A stretch of 63,415 nucleotides of DNA, filler included, from Choristocarpus tenellus KU-1152 (GCA_964200185.2; 12 parts of 12 records of this genome joined end to end with filler, not necessarily neighbours in it); one strand, 5' to 3'. Positions 12,101-25,749 are shown, numbered from the whole stretch's first letter. Notes: generated by a model not told the origin, from the sequence alone. A program made the numbers and translations.

Positions 12101-15100
12101 CACTACGCACTTCCCACCCTATTGAAGTTGAGGTGTGTTTATTTGTAGCACATCCAGTCAATGGTAAGTGCAAGCCTCCTTGGGATTGCCTTATTTAGCA
12201 TGTGGTTTTCTTGTGTGGAAGTAGAGTGATATTTGCTGAAGGAAAGCTGAATGACTTCATATGCGCACCTCAGCATATGTTAAACACCAGGCTGCAACAG
12301 GCCTGTATGCTATTAGGATAAAAATATTTTTTGGTTGTGATGTAATTTGCACCCACTAGTATTGAGGATTTTTGGGACACACAATGTCAGGACTTGAGAC
12401 CTATTTCTCAAGTGTTTTTACTCTTTGCTAGTGACATTTAAGAAGCAAGCTGCAAAGTACTCTCAGCCTCAAATCTGTTTTGTTCCTCCATTTGACAACC
12501 GTTACTGGAGGAGTTTGAGGATGTTAACAGAATATTCCAATTTAAATAGTGACAGTGATAAATGAGACCCGTTGACCAAATTATAATACATACATGAAGT
12601 TCATGAAGCTTTCCCTATAGCAGGGTAGATCATCTTCCTAGAATTGTGTTGTAACGACCAGCCTTCCTACATGGGTGTTAAAGGGCATTTGTTACTTTTA
12701 TAGAAGATGATTGCTCTTATTGATTGGAGAGAAGATGATAGCTCTTATTGAAGGGAAAAGTTACGGTTCTGCAACTTCATAGTAACTTGGGCATTTTGTT
12801 AATACCTTATCAAAGTCTGTAACACATTTCTTTTTGCTTGACCAAAATGTGAGGTAGAGGTCAGCAACATAGCTTTGCCAATCAGTTTATGGGTCAACCT
12901 TCTTTATTTGTTAGGATGCGGTACCTTTTATGGTTGTAATGTGATTTTAGTCCTGCATAATTTCTTAGAGGAAACAACTAGAACTATATTATCAACTGCA
13001 ATGTGTAAAGAATTTTGAAGCAGAACATCACATGATATCTTATTGTTGCTTTGGCTGAGGTACTATCTTCCATGTCCAACAATAAGAGGTTTTGAAAAGA
13101 TGCACTTCTATTGGTTGAAACAGATCAAAGCCTATGGTGTCTCTGATGTTGCCTGCTGCTTGATCAGGTTGAGAACCCTGATCAAATCAAAGAGATATTT
13201 GACTCAATCAGCTATGCCAAGGGTGCCTCAGTGATACGAATGCTGGCTGCCTACCTTGGAAATGATGAATTCATGAAGGGCAAGTAAAGACATCTTAAAT
13301 GGTGATATGAAGTATGTGTCTGGGCATACCCTGCTCAGTTCCTTCTATCCTTTGGGGCTACTTTTGAGGAAGATCAAACTGGCTCCTCACCATATATTAA
13401 GTGCATCTTATATTGCCTATACTTCAATACACACCTCCATAGCTTTTGTTGGCTTTGTTGGCCTTGCATGACTTCCTTTTGTGCACCCATTTGGCATGTT
13501 GGTCTCCCTCTGTTCAGGAATCCATGCCTATCTAATGAAGCACAAGTATGGAAATGCTCAGGCAAAAGATTTGTGGGCTGCTTTGGAGGAGTCCACGGGC
13601 AAAGCAATACAGCCTCTTATGACAACTTGGACTAGACAGGTGACCTTGCGTATATTCTCCCATGGCAAAGTTTCTGGTGCATAGAAGGATCAACCTGCCT
13701 TGTCCTGTCCACCTCAAAAGTACCTGTCCAATGTCAGCAACATTACTGCAAAGGTGTAACAATAATAGCTAGTAAGTCTAGGGCCCAAAATTTTGAAGTG
13801 GGATGTTGTGGTGCTCACTCAATATCAAGGCCATTCTTAATAGTACAGATCACCACTGGAACTAACACAAGTACATTGAGTATCAAATATCACAATAATT
13901 TCTTCCTTGTATTCTACTGTAAGTTTGCCACACTTGTTATTGATATTAATGATCAGTTTTTCTGTTGGCTTGCCTTGTTTGTAGCTTGCCAACTTCCTAC
14001 TCCCAAAGAGTTCAGATGTTCTCTAAGGAAGCTTGCTCTTTCCGTTTGAATATGTGGGTTATCCAGTAGTCTCAGTCTCTGGGGAGTGTGTTAGGCAGGA
14101 CCGCTTTCTTGCTCTTGGTGTGAAGGAGTCCCCATTGGATGTAGAAGATGTGAGTGAACCATGGAAAATCCCAGTCAAGGTGACATGGGAGGGAGGTGGA
14201 GAGCTGGAGATATTGCTGGATGGCCAGGATAAGTGTCCAGGTAGTGAGGAACTGGGTCGTGCTGTGCATAAGCTGGAAAAGGAAGGGAAGTGGTTCAAGG
14301 TGATACCATGGTTCCCTGTTTGACCTTACTGCTGTATGTTGAGTGAAGCTTTTTTGTGAACATGAAGATTTACAGTGTATTTCATACACATGAATGTTAT
14401 CTTTGATACTCCCCAGAATTTCATCTGCATTGGAAAAGAAAAAGAAACAATTTCAGGTTATTGATACTGAAAAGGGCTACAAGCACATGGAAAATTGATA
14501 AGAATTTTTTCCCCTGAATCTGTCTAAGGTGAATGCAGGGCAACAAGGTTTCTACAGAGTAAACTACTCACATGGCAGCTGGATTAGTCTGGGCAGGTAA
14601 GTTTTTATTGCAGGAAAAGATAGCCCACTGGGACTGTAGGGGCTATGGAATTAGAAAGTACTAGTATTGCTTCAACATAGACCTGTCCATCTTGATTTGA
14701 TTAGCCTTGTTTTTTGAGGGCCCTAGGTAACTTCACTCATCACTGGATGATAATCCTGCAGTAGTCTCCGTGGTGTGGTATCATAGGGATAGATGTTATT
14801 GCCTACATGCATTTATGAGTGTATTGTATGTATAAAATTTTATTTTTTATTTTTATTTTTTGGTGCATGTCAGGGCTATGCAGGCACTTGCCATACCGCC
14901 AGTTGACCGGGCTGCAGCAGTCTCAGATGCCTTTGTACTTGCCAGTGCTGGACTTCTGGACATGGGGGTGGCTCTTGACCTTGCCTCATTGGTCAGAAAT
15001 GACCCAGATGACATGGTCTGTGAAACTGTGGTATCAAGTCTGCAGCAGCTTCTTCCCCTGTACTCTGAGGTGCGTATGCCCAAGCAATATGTTAACCATC

Positions 15101-15386
15101 AGACTCTTTACTAAATACTTTTATTGTATATTGGTAGATAACAGTGCTCTTTGCATTTGTAATTGTGTTGTATGTGTAAGTGTCATGATGGTGATGATGA
15201 TGGTGGTGGTGGTGGTGATATACTGTATCTTGTCACTCACATGCAGTGATGGGCTGGTTCTTCACAGAATTATTTCCTTCTCTTATCCAGGAGTCCTTCT
15301 TTGGGGCCTTTCAAGGGTTGGTACGCTCAATATGCCAGCCAATGATGGATTGCATCACATGGGATGCTGCAGAGGGTGAACCACAG
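9102..15386 (+). pseudogene. Peptidase M1 (puromycin-sensitive aminopeptidase-like) gene, 16 exons, apparently disabled and 3'-truncated
   Basis: Exons: 9102-9224, 9426-9512, 9760-9912, 10012-10112, 10268-10433, 10577-10663, 10962-11057, 11300-11501, 11891-11946, 12059-12132, 13168-13279, 13518-13639, 14054-14299, 14529-14596, 14874-15069, 15291-15386. Motifs: [64 protein letters not shown] (HEXXH-18-E), ISYAKGASVIRML, GFYRVNY. Lesions: TAG 9880-9882, TGA 11479-11481, frameshift in exon 7, acceptor TAT at 14051-14053. Confidence 0.93.
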
Positions 15387-15434
15387 GTGAAAATACCCCT
15401 GATATTTACAGTGCCCAGGCATATGGTATGCACC

Positions 15435-17950
15435 CAATATGGGTGGAACTTGGGGTTGGTGCCGCACTGTTGCTAGAACTGATTCACGAAGCACTCTGTC
15501 CCGAACACACGGAGCCGCTTGTATTTGAACAGCTTGTTGATCAGGCGCTTGCATGGTGTCTCGCCGCCTAGGTTCTCGTGTGGCATGCCTGTGGTCTTGT
15601 ATGAGGCGTCCGCCACCACAAAAAACCAGAACTCCTCCCCCAGTCCAGCCTGGATCAGCTGGCTACACACTGCTTGCATCACCTGTTTAATTGCCCGCTC
15701 AGCAACCCCGTTGCTCTGGGACGTGCGTGGGGGGTCTTGCTCCATTTCATGCCCCGCTCTGTGAGAATGCGCTGGAACCTTACGCTCCTCCTCAACTCGC
15801 TGGCGCCATCCCCACTGATACACCTCACCACCACCCCTTCCCAAGCCATTTCGTCAATGTAGGCAGCGGTGGCCACAGTAGTGGCGTCCTTGGTACGCAG
15901 ACCCATCTTGCGCTGCTCCAGGCTGGCCTCATCCACGAACACCTAAAAGTAGTTCATGCCTGTCACGTCTGGGTCGAAGGGTCCCTCCAGGTCTGTGTGC
16001 ACCACCTCCCTCACCATCTTGGGGCTGCGGCCGCCCCCTGCATAACTGATTGCCTCAGGCTTGTACTCCTTGCATACCTGGCAGTGGAGCTCCGAGGCGA
16101 CTGTGGCATCTGTGATGTCCTGGAGGCCTCGTTTCTCCAGGTGCTTGATCGCGATTGGGTAGAGGTGACCCATGATTTTGTGCCAGTCAGAGAGGGAGAG
16201 GTACTGCTGCTTATTGGCGTAGCTAGCATTGGCTATCGCCTGGCCCTTCTTCCCTTTCTTTACGTGAAACTGGGCCCGCAGCATCAGGAAAGCTCCCTTC
16301 TCCTCTAGATGGATCTTGGCTTCCCCCTTGTTGGCCTGGATGTAGCTCCTCCTGATCCCTGAGTCCACGAACTCACCTCCCTTGCGCTGCACGTTGCCTG
16401 TGCTGAGAAGCCTGCATGGCAGACCCAGTACCCAGAGCACGCCCTGGAGCACAATCGTCGTCGGTGTGCCTGTCTCATCAGTTGCCTCCAGGACCATCTT
16501 GCCGGTTGCTCATGCGTCCAGCGCACCCTTGTTTCCGAAGGTGCAGGTGTGAGTGACTGCTGTTGCTGCAGTGAGGTCCTGTAGTTGGGGGAAGAGGTGC
16601 ACATTTGCACCCGAGTTTCAGAGGAGGGTGTTGGTCTTGGACAGATCTTGAGATGAAGCCAAGAGTGCTCTGCCTTGACCATCCTGTTGTACACGTCCTC
16701 CCCTACAGACACGTTCATGGCCAGGAACGCCCGCGATGAGCCCTGGTGATCAGCCTTGCCGCCGCCTCTGCCGCCGCTGCTCTGGTCCCTGGCAAGTTCC
16801 CACCGCCACCCCAAGCCCATGGGAGCACTTAGTTGGAGGTTTGCTGGCCAGGTACGAGTGACACTCCTTCCACCTGTGGTTGTGTTTGAGACAAAAGGCA
16901 TATTGGTTGGCACCGAGGCCGCTCATGGACCCCTGTCTACCTGTCAGTGTCCCTGCACCGGTGTGGAGCGCCATAGCCCCTGAGCTCCTGGTCGTCTCAC
17001 CGGTGACCTCTGTCGTCATGTACGAAGAGGATGAAATGATGGCGTTTTTGAGGTGGTCATATATAAGGTCCGGTGCTGTGGACAACTGCGCAAACACCTG
17101 TGGCATGCTGTCCCTGATGCCAATGATCAGAGTCCCCTTCTTAGCGCGGTCCTCTTGGCTGCCTCCTACTGCTCGTATTCTGTCCAGACATGATTGAGAT
17201 GGATGACGAAATCGGCAGCGTCGTCCACCGATTTAATAGTACATGTCCTGCAGCTTCATCTCAAGAGCTATGAGCTGCATGGACCGATGCACCGCAGCGT
17301 GCTCCCCGTAGATTTCTTCCAGCTCGAGCCAGGCTGCCCTCCCGTCGGGGCTGCTGTTGTTTTCGTGGGTCCTGACCACCATCGCTGCGGCCCCCCTCGT
17401 GGCCTGGCCCAGCAGAAACCACAAGGCCTTGCAATGCTTGACGTACTTGTCGTATGCGCCGCAGTCCCCTAACGATGTAGCAGCCGTAGGAGATGCACGG
17501 ATGTGGTACGCTGGTTGGAGGATGCGGTATAGTCCCTTCCTGCCCGCATAGCTCACAAGTTCCATCCGCCATTCAGCCCACTTCTCCCCTGTATGCCCTC
17601 GTGCACGAGTCCATAGTGGCAGCTTATGTGGGTTCACTTCCATACCTGTGAGGCTCATAACCTGTGCAAAAGAGCTGTTCGAACAGAGTTTTGCTTTAGG
17701 TGGTATGGATGAAATTATTTATCGGAGTGAGCACCATCTCTCAAGAGGGGGGGTGCCCTGTCTCGTTACCTACTGCACACGTCAGCAGACAAGTCAGAAC
17801 GTGTCTTTGTCAGTCTTTCTGCGTCAGTCGTTCTGCGTCAGCCACCTGCAGTAAACTAAGAGAAACCAGCCCGTAGAGATTCGACTATTACTCTGGCCGT
17901 GCAGAGGCAAGTGATTAACAATTAAGCCACTCAGCGAACATTTTCGTTAC
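15435..17950 (-). mobile_element. Ty1/Copia LTR retrotransposon, 5' half (LTR-PBS-gag-PR-INT), degenerate; RT, RNase H and 3' LTR absent
   Basis: PBS GGTTATGAGCC follows ...CA. Gag: WAEWRMELVSYA..DGRAAWLELEEIYG. Decayed zinc knuckle YAFCLKHNHRWKEC. Protease NSGANVHLFP. Pre-integrase WHKIMGH..CQVC. Integrase VHTDLEGPF / FVDEAS / SNGVAERAIK / LRVFGTECFV. The outer LTR boundary is uncertain. Confidence 0.92.
17651..17662 (-). promoter_or_regulatory. Copia primer-binding site
   Basis: GGTTATGAGCCT lies directly after a CA LTR end and overlaps the gag ATG (17658). Confidence 0.7.
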
Positions 17951-18159
17951 ATGCTACTGGCTACCAAGCACATGAGAAACCTGTCAAGATTATGCTTGAC
18001 CATTTGTGAGAATATGATCTGAAGTATTATTTTATGTACACACAGAAGATAATGCGGAACATTGGGGATATTTAGGCGGGGTATTTGACCAGAAGTAATC
18101 GGCGGACTATTAGAGTCGGAGTGTTTCTGACGTGTACTAGAGATACGTTGAGTCATTTG

Positions 18160-18207
18160 GAGCGAAAGTATCTTAGAGGGTAGAGCCGTGTCCATTTGGG
18201 GACACAA
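18160..18207 (+). mobile_element. MITE family A left end, cut by the contig end
   Basis: gagcgaaagtatcttagagggtagagccgtgtccatttgggg matches the 49077 copy. Confidence 0.85.
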
Positions 18208-18334
18208 NNNNNNNNNNNNNNNNNNNNNNNNNNNNNNNNNNNNNNNNNNNNTTAATTAATTAANNNNNNNNNNNNNNNNNNNNNNNNNNNNNNNNNNNNN
18301 NNNNNNNATACATTGATAGGACATATCACTAAAG

Positions 18335-19230
18335 GGGGGGACTTCACTGCCCCATCAATGCATCCCGCCACCCAATCCCGCCTCTGCCCCCAACCACTAC
18401 AACACCGATGATCATATTCTGCGTGATTTCTTCTGCTCATCAAGGAACGCCTCCTTTACTTCCCCCAGTACTCGCCAACACTCTCTGAACCCCCTCAAGT
18501 TCCTCAGATACAGGACCATGAGAGAGGGGGGCACCACAGCCATCATGCTGCTCAATCTCCCCTCTGCCCCCAACCACTACAACACCGATGATCATATTAT
18601 GCGTGATCCCTTCAACACCATCTGCTCATCAAGGAATGCCCCCTTTGCTTCCTCCAGTCCTTGCCAACCCTCTTTGAACCTCCTTAGTTCCACAGATACA
18701 GGACCATGGGAGAGAGGGACTTCACTGTCCCATTGATGAATCCCCTTCCCCCATCCCTCCTCTACCTGCAACCACCATCATACCATCCTGGTCACCATAT
18801 CCTGCTGTTTCTCCTTAATCATATCTTCTCATCACAACCTAGCTCCTTTGCCTTCCCAATCCCTCACAGACCTCCCCTGGATCCCTTTCACAGAAAACAC
18901 AAAGGATCAAAGGTTAGGGAGACCTTTACCACATTATCAAAGCACCCCTACCATGCCTCCTCCCCCACTCCTCCAAACCACCGCCGATGTGGTCACCATA
19001 TCCTGCATTATCCCATAAACGCCATCTTCTGACCATGGTATGCATATTCCACTTCCCTAATCCCCAGCAACCTTCTCCTGAACCCCTTCAGTACCACGCA
19101 CAAAGGATTACAGGAGGAGGGTATATCAATATCAATCAAAGCATCCCCCCCTGCCCCCAACCATCACCACCCTGGTGATCATATTGTGCACTATCATGAC
19201 AATGCTATGTTCAAATCAAGGCACACCTCC
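18335..19230. repeat. Diverged tandem repeat, ~180-200-bp unit, about 5 copies
   Basis: tgcccccaaccactacaacaccgatgatcatatt at 18385 and 18565; cagatacaggaccatg at about 18505 and 18692; ggtcaccatatcctgc at about 18790 and 18991. Confidence 0.7.
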
Positions 19231-19999
19231 TTTTGCTCAACATTATTGTCTCTCTTGCCCGCACACCTTGAGTGTCATTCCCTGGACTTAACCTCATTCC
19301 CTGGACTTCAACTAGAGGTTGCTTGCAAGGATGGACTTAGCCTTCCTATCAGAGTATTCCTTCCCTACTCCGTCCACTTTCCAAGCTAACTTCACCACCA
19401 GTTACCATCTCCTGAAACTAGTTGGCACCATCTTCTAATCAAAGCACACATTCTCCTTGTCCCCCCTACCTAAACCCTTGGTCACTCGTCCCCATGCCCC
19501 CCCTCATTTTGTACACGATCGTAACTCATAACAGGAGATTGTGGGGGGGGTGCTAAAACATACAAGTCCCTCAGTACCCTCCCCAGGAACCTCAAAGCAC
19601 ACCCTCCCTGCCATCCTGGTGCTATCTGTTGAACTATCCCACACTGGACCCGCGGCTCTTATGGTGCTTTACTGAAGAACAAAGAACAGCTTGATGTAGA
19701 TGAACAAAGTTAATATTACAAGGGGCTTTATGGTCTCGATTCCGCTGACTGAGCATATCTGGGTAAGACCAGCCTAAGCTACCATTATTACTCTACAGTG
19801 TGGGGTTTGTAATCATCCACACTAAATTACTATGAATTACGTATTTACTTGCCTTAAGTATAGAAAGTGTATCTTGAACATGATATAAAAAACAATCGAC
19901 ACTATGAGTCAGTACATACAATATATCTGTCACTGGCTCTCCATCCTATTATCTAATCCACCGGTGGTGTTTACGTCTATCAGAAACACTATCTACGTA

Positions 20000-20850
20000 C
20001 ACTATCCTCCCCTTGATTCAATCCAGGTTACAGTTGGTGGGTAAAGGGGCTGATCAAAGCATCTTCACTCCCTCCTTTTACCCAATGCGGCTCATAACCA
20101 CCTCTCTCAAGTTACACTATCAATCGCCACCTCTTGTGGAGGTACAGTTCATCAGTGCAAGGCAGAATATCGATGACAGCCTTTTGCAAGTTATACCCTA
20201 CCCCTCATCTCTATTCATCAATACTTGTACGCATGCCTTCTACAACCACATCAAAACCCTCTCAAATGCCGAGTATGACATCACACTAACCATTGCAACA
20301 GCCACGGCATTTAATTTGTCTGTATTATCGTTTTTTGGGGTTGATAGGCGTACATGTACTTGGAACGTCTGGACCACCTCACCTCCCTTTCCACACAAAT
20401 ACACATACGCCTCTCTCAACAAAGCATGAGGAGGTACAAACTGCAACTGCCATCGGTAACTCCACCCCCACCCCCACCTTATTGTTCTACTCAAGAAAGC
20501 CCCCTTTTGAAGAATCCGTCTCTGTGATAAAACCTTTTGCATACATTGATCAAACACATGAAAAGGTGTCCGAAGTCCACACCACCACCACCGGAATATC
20601 CAAGATCACGACCACTTGCATCTGTGGAAGAGACCAATCTGGCAAAGTCCCTACAATAGAATATCCTTCTGATGATCCCAGACCCCTTTACCCAATTTAC
20701 CCCAAGAGGGGGAAGGAGCAACAGGTTGAAAATCAACAGTGTGGACCCCTCCCACATAGTTTTCTGGTGTCTCAAGGAAATCTGTGGCCAGGTCATGTTG
20801 CTGAAGCTTGCTCATAGATGTGTGTGCGAGTCCTACTACCCTGTTCACAG
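20000..20850 (-). mobile_element. Degenerate Mutator/Kolobok-like transposase N-terminal remnant
   Basis: Frameshifted GVELPMAVAVCTSSC ... DKLNAVAVAMVSVMSYSAFERVLMWL, resembling the Cys-rich and N..AV....G..Y pattern of these transposases. Confidence 0.3.
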
Positions 20851-21849
20851 TCCAATGTACACACAGAAATGCTCAACAGTGTCGGTTCCCAAGTTCATAC
20901 CACAAACAACTGCACTGTGCATTTTGCTTGGGTGATGCACAAGTGATGGGGAATGTCACCATTACAAATTCATTGCTCTCCAGGCATTCAGATAATGCGA
21001 CTAGGATGCTGTCCACATGTGGTGCTGGGGGGAGGTACATTACTTCATCCCAACTACTCCCTTATCTTTGGTGAACACAGGTGCCTTCATCTACTACAAC
21101 TTGATGATAGAACTAGAAGGCGTGTGGTGGGAACACGTATGAGTGCACCAGAGTACAACAGAGTTCAACACCATCCACATTCCCATATCCACCTTGGCAG
21201 TAGTCACACTCCACACATGTAGATACACACAGAGCCACAGCAGCAGACCATACGAATACTCAACTTGAGCTTCACGCACATAGAAAACACAAGTGATAAT
21301 AATAGTTGGAAGTCACCCACATCCCTCAAAGGTGGAAAGGGCGTGGGTGTCGGATAGGTGGCGCACGAGATGATAATGCAGTTGCAGTTCGTTCTCCTCG
21401 TGTACGGGTGCTTGACCCCACCCTTGCTCCTCTGTTTAATAGATGGCAGTTACTGGTACCCTGTGTACGAGTTCGAGTCCTGCTTGGTCAACCCTCTTGT
21501 GATTGATTCATCCCATTACCCCTCACCCTAGCAACCTGTCCGTTGCTTCCAACACCATTACCCAGCAGATTCGATGTTGACTTGTGGGCTGATGTGGCAC
21601 CTGCCAGTGGATTGTGGTCCTCCACCACAACACCCTGTGCACCACCAAGCCCCCCTCCCCTTGACCCACTGCCCCCTCCACCCCCTGCTGATCCCTGTGA
21701 AGNNNNNNNNNNNNNNNNNNNNNNNNNNNNNNNNNNNNNNNNNNNNTTAATTAATTAANNNNNNNNNNNNNNNNNNNNNNNNNNNNNNNNNNNNNNNNNN
21801 NNCCCCCCCCTAGAATATTTGAATGGAAGCTCCAGACTAGCATCAACCG

Positions 21850-23300
21850 TGATGTGCTCGACATCTCCATCCCTCAAGTGACTCTACACTCCTGTGAAAC
21901 TCCCCACCCCTCAAACCTCTTTAGGAGGAGGAATGGTCATCTCCCTGTTACATTATCCCAACAAGCTCTTGTCATTGAAGATGTTCTTCGTAGAGCAGGC
22001 AAGGCCTGCACGAGGTTGACTGTGATAACTGGGAAACAGGTACGGTTTGCACGGGGTTTTCGTACTTCGAAGGTAATTGTAGGTGCCTCCAAAGCACTGT
22101 AGTCCCGTTGAAAAAGTACTTGAGTACTTTCTAGACCTGTTCAGCAGTAGTGCATCCCTTGAGCACCAGTGGATTGTGTCAATAGCCAATCTATGCCAAT
22201 GAATACTAACCGTGGAGTGCGGGGACGGTATTTGATTATAGCCTACTGCTTTGGGTAAAAGTCCTTAAATCCCTCTTCTCCATGTTTTGTCCTCGACCCT
22301 TTCCTGTACGCGGCTGGTGAATATTCCACTGTGTTGCTTGTCTTCAATCAAGCGGGGGGAGACCACTGCTGACGAATACACTTCCCCCTGCTGGGAGAAT
22401 ACAAATATCTCTGGTTGGATGTCCGGGGAGACAAGTCGGACATCAGTCCGTGGCTACGCTACCACTCCCAAGGTGTGCGGCCACCAAGTGGCCATTGTTC
22501 ACCGACAGAGCTGGCGGACAGGGCGGAGGGACCCTGTGGGGCCAAGTGGCTCCCACATGCTCGGTGGGGTGCTCGTTACCTGTCCTTACAGGTGCCCATC
22601 TGGAATTGTGCTACCTCGTCAATCAGTGCCTGAGTTTGGTGGACGTGGTAAACACTCTGTGCGCGGGTAGAGGATCCCACTCCTGATGACAAGATGTATT
22701 TAGCACTCCTACCGAGATTGTTGTTGGAGCAAGAGGAGTACATAGGACTGTGGTACAATGGCCCCATCCCTCATGCTCCCTGTGTTTTGTGTTAAAGTAT
22801 AGTCAACCCCGAAAAATTAGTTGCCTTAGATGTTGTACAAGTAATACAAAGCATCCTTAATAAGATGGAAAGGAAGAAGATTGTGGTGATGAGAAGTGAG
22901 AGGGTGTCACACACCGTTGTTGATATACCTTTGATCGAAAGAAGTGATGCACTGAAGTACATATAGGGTGATGTGGTAGTTGGGAGGGAGGGCTCTTGAA
23001 AATTATAATTGATCGTGGTCTTGTGAAAGGAATAGGTTGGCACAGAGTCGTGAAGCACACGTCTTATTTCCAATGTGGTGGATCTGATGATGTGCTCTGA
23101 GAATAAGCCTGGTTATCTGAACGGAATGAAGCACCAAATGTGATGAATCAGACGGTATGCTCTGAGGAGAGGCTTGTTTCCTTGTGGGTAATAGGCACGG
23201 ATGCATTGACTCGCGAGCATGTAATATCCATGTGTCTGTTGTGGCGTACACTAGAGGTAGAGTGAACTCAAGGTAGCAAGGTGTGCGTCTGCTTTTTGCA
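21850..23300 (-). mobile_element. Highly decayed LINE-like RT remnant
   Basis: Fragmentary RT-like segments in broken frames, with many stops. Confidence 0.3.
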
Positions 23301-24209
23301 CCTCTCGAACACATGACCACCTGCCATTATATATGAAAAGAACAAACAAGCCTCAGACCTCTATACAACAGAAAGAAGTGTGTTCAAATCTAGAGCAACG
23401 GCTGTGAGCCAAAGTGGTCGTTGTCGTGTGAAGCGTGTGTGCTAGGTACAGTACAGGTACAGGTCCACAAACAGGAAGAACAACAAACTTAAAGAGTAAA
23501 CACAAGTAATGAGTTTGTAGGTACGCTACGAATCTGAGTAAGTCAGGTAGTGTTACAGGCGCCCCTCAATGCTCACCTTTCCAGGATGTACAAGTCAAGT
23601 CCAATTCACAGATTATCGAACGTCAGCTCAGCAGAACACAGAGGAGTACCCTCAACACAAGAACAATTAATGGGATATCGAGCCTCATACTCTAGTACTT
23701 TTTTGTCTCTCAGGGGGAACAAGGATATCACTCGAAGCAGTATGAAATGCCATATGCGTAGAAATACTTGGCGCTTCATCTAGGAATAAGATAATTTTTA
23801 CGAAGGTTTGAAACCCAGAGTAAGATCTTCTAGAAACTGAACTTGAAAGCCATTCAGTTCTATGGGAGGGAAAAAAAAAACGAATCTTCCCATGCACGGT
23901 ATAGTTTGTCTCTAGTGGCGAGGTGGTTGAAATAATACCTAATTTGGGAATAAATCGTGCACATGTGTGCGCCCTGTTTGCATGTTGAGGCAGGTGGAGG
24001 GACCATGGTGTGCTCGTGTACCTGTCCCACTCTGTGACGATGTTTATTTCTGTGCAGATTTTTCGTTGTATAGTGCATACCTAACTCCTCTCCACCCAAT
24101 CCTAACATCATATTTTTTTTGTTTTGATATCTGATGTGTGATAACTAACTGCCCGCCTGCCCGACTGTCTATCACTCATTTTAAAACGTACTACAAAATA
24201 CTATGTTTT

Positions 24210-24471
24210 CAGTCAAACCAAGTGAGAGGTAAGTAGGGTTGCATTTTAACGATCCTGAGAAAGGGCAAAAGGACATCATTTTGGATAATTACAGAGAGAG
24301 TATTTGCTGAATTGTAGTATCATTTTGTGTCTGGAAGGGGGGAAAATCAATTTTGTAAACACTATAGTGGACCTAGAGCAATGAAATAGAGTGCATTGCA
24401 CAGGGCAAAAACGATGGCTTGGGATGCAAAAGGGTCCAACTCTGCCTATATCTTATCACTTAGTCTGACTC
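24210..24471. mobile_element. MITE related to family C
   Basis: TIRs (c)agtcaaaccaagtga ... tcacttagtctgactc; 262 bp long. Confidence 0.6.
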
Positions 24472-25443
24472 ATTCACCATAAAACAACTTAATATAATAA
24501 TAACCGTAAGGACAAAGAGTACATAGAGTAGTGCAGGAGGAATGAGAGACGAGGAGCCGTGAGGTTCAGGACCAATAACTCGCTATGAAAAAGACTGTTC
24601 ATCGATGCTTCCAGCACATCATCATGCATCTCATAAATTATTAATGAATGTGTGTAGTCGTAGTAGTATGTGTGATATGACACGATACACACACCACAAA
24701 ATAACAAAAAAACATTGCATACCTCTTCATGAAATACAGCCAAGACAAAAAGTACAGACTACAAGCTGCAAATAACTATTTTTGATAACTATGACACATA
24801 TATCTTAGGACAGTACCGGTAGTGGTATATGGTACTTTAGACATAAAAATATCCTAATAAACATTGGACATAAAAAATGTTTACAAGCAACATCGAAGGT
24901 ACCGACATACACACAAAACACGACCACACTTACACACACATACATATTATCTGCATCGCCAAGAACTTCAAAAAATAATCCAACATATTAAAAAAAATCT
25001 CTCCACCATTCATTGTGATACCTTAACTACTCTCTTCGACTCTGGCAAGTCAAAGTGACCAGAATTCTATCCCGACTATTTGATGACATTGCCACCGCTT
25101 GTTCCTAAGCTGCAGTAGTACGTATGGCAAATTGATGGTGCTCACTCTGGTGCACACACCATCCTCCCACCAAATTACTCTCAGGATGTACCCTGAGGCG
25201 TTGCCCACCACCCTGTTGATGACCATCGTCCACCAAGAAAATATAGACCCAAAGCATCTGGGGGGGGGGGGGGGGGCCGAAGCCTGGGACCTCCTGTACC
25301 CCAGAGCCAAGCGCATCAGTTGCGCTTATCCAACGGGACGGGCNNNNNNNNNNNNNNNNNNNNNNNNNNNNNNNNNNNNNNNNNNNNTTAATTAATTAAN
25401 NNNNNNNNNNNNNNNNNNNNNNNNNNNNNNNNNNNNNNNNNNN

Positions 25444-25636
25444 GGTACGAGTTTTGCCCTGTTTGTCCATTTGGGGCTTGGCTTCCCTTAGGGTGTTTAT
25501 GACATTGTCCCACTCCAAAATATTGTGGAGTTGGCAAAATGTGTACGTTATGAAAAGGGGTGTCCGGAACAAGGATATTGGCACCTCCTAACAAACACAA
25601 TAGCCAAAATTACATCAAAATTGCAACATTGGATTT
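25444..25636 (-). mobile_element. Partial MITE family A copy at contig start
   Basis: Reverse-complement match to the body of the 32565 and 49077 copies. Confidence 0.85.
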
Positions 25637-25749
25637 AATTGCGAATGGAGGAAAAACGTAGAAATCAATGTTTCTGGAACACTCCAACTGACTCCTCCAA
25701 CAACTTACTTTGTTTGATCCTCCAACCTGATCTATCCTAACTCAAATGT

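Noticed and set aside
12645-12826. Possible solo LTR (TGTGTT...AACACA) in the long intron
   Set aside because: No target duplication and no second copy in the window.
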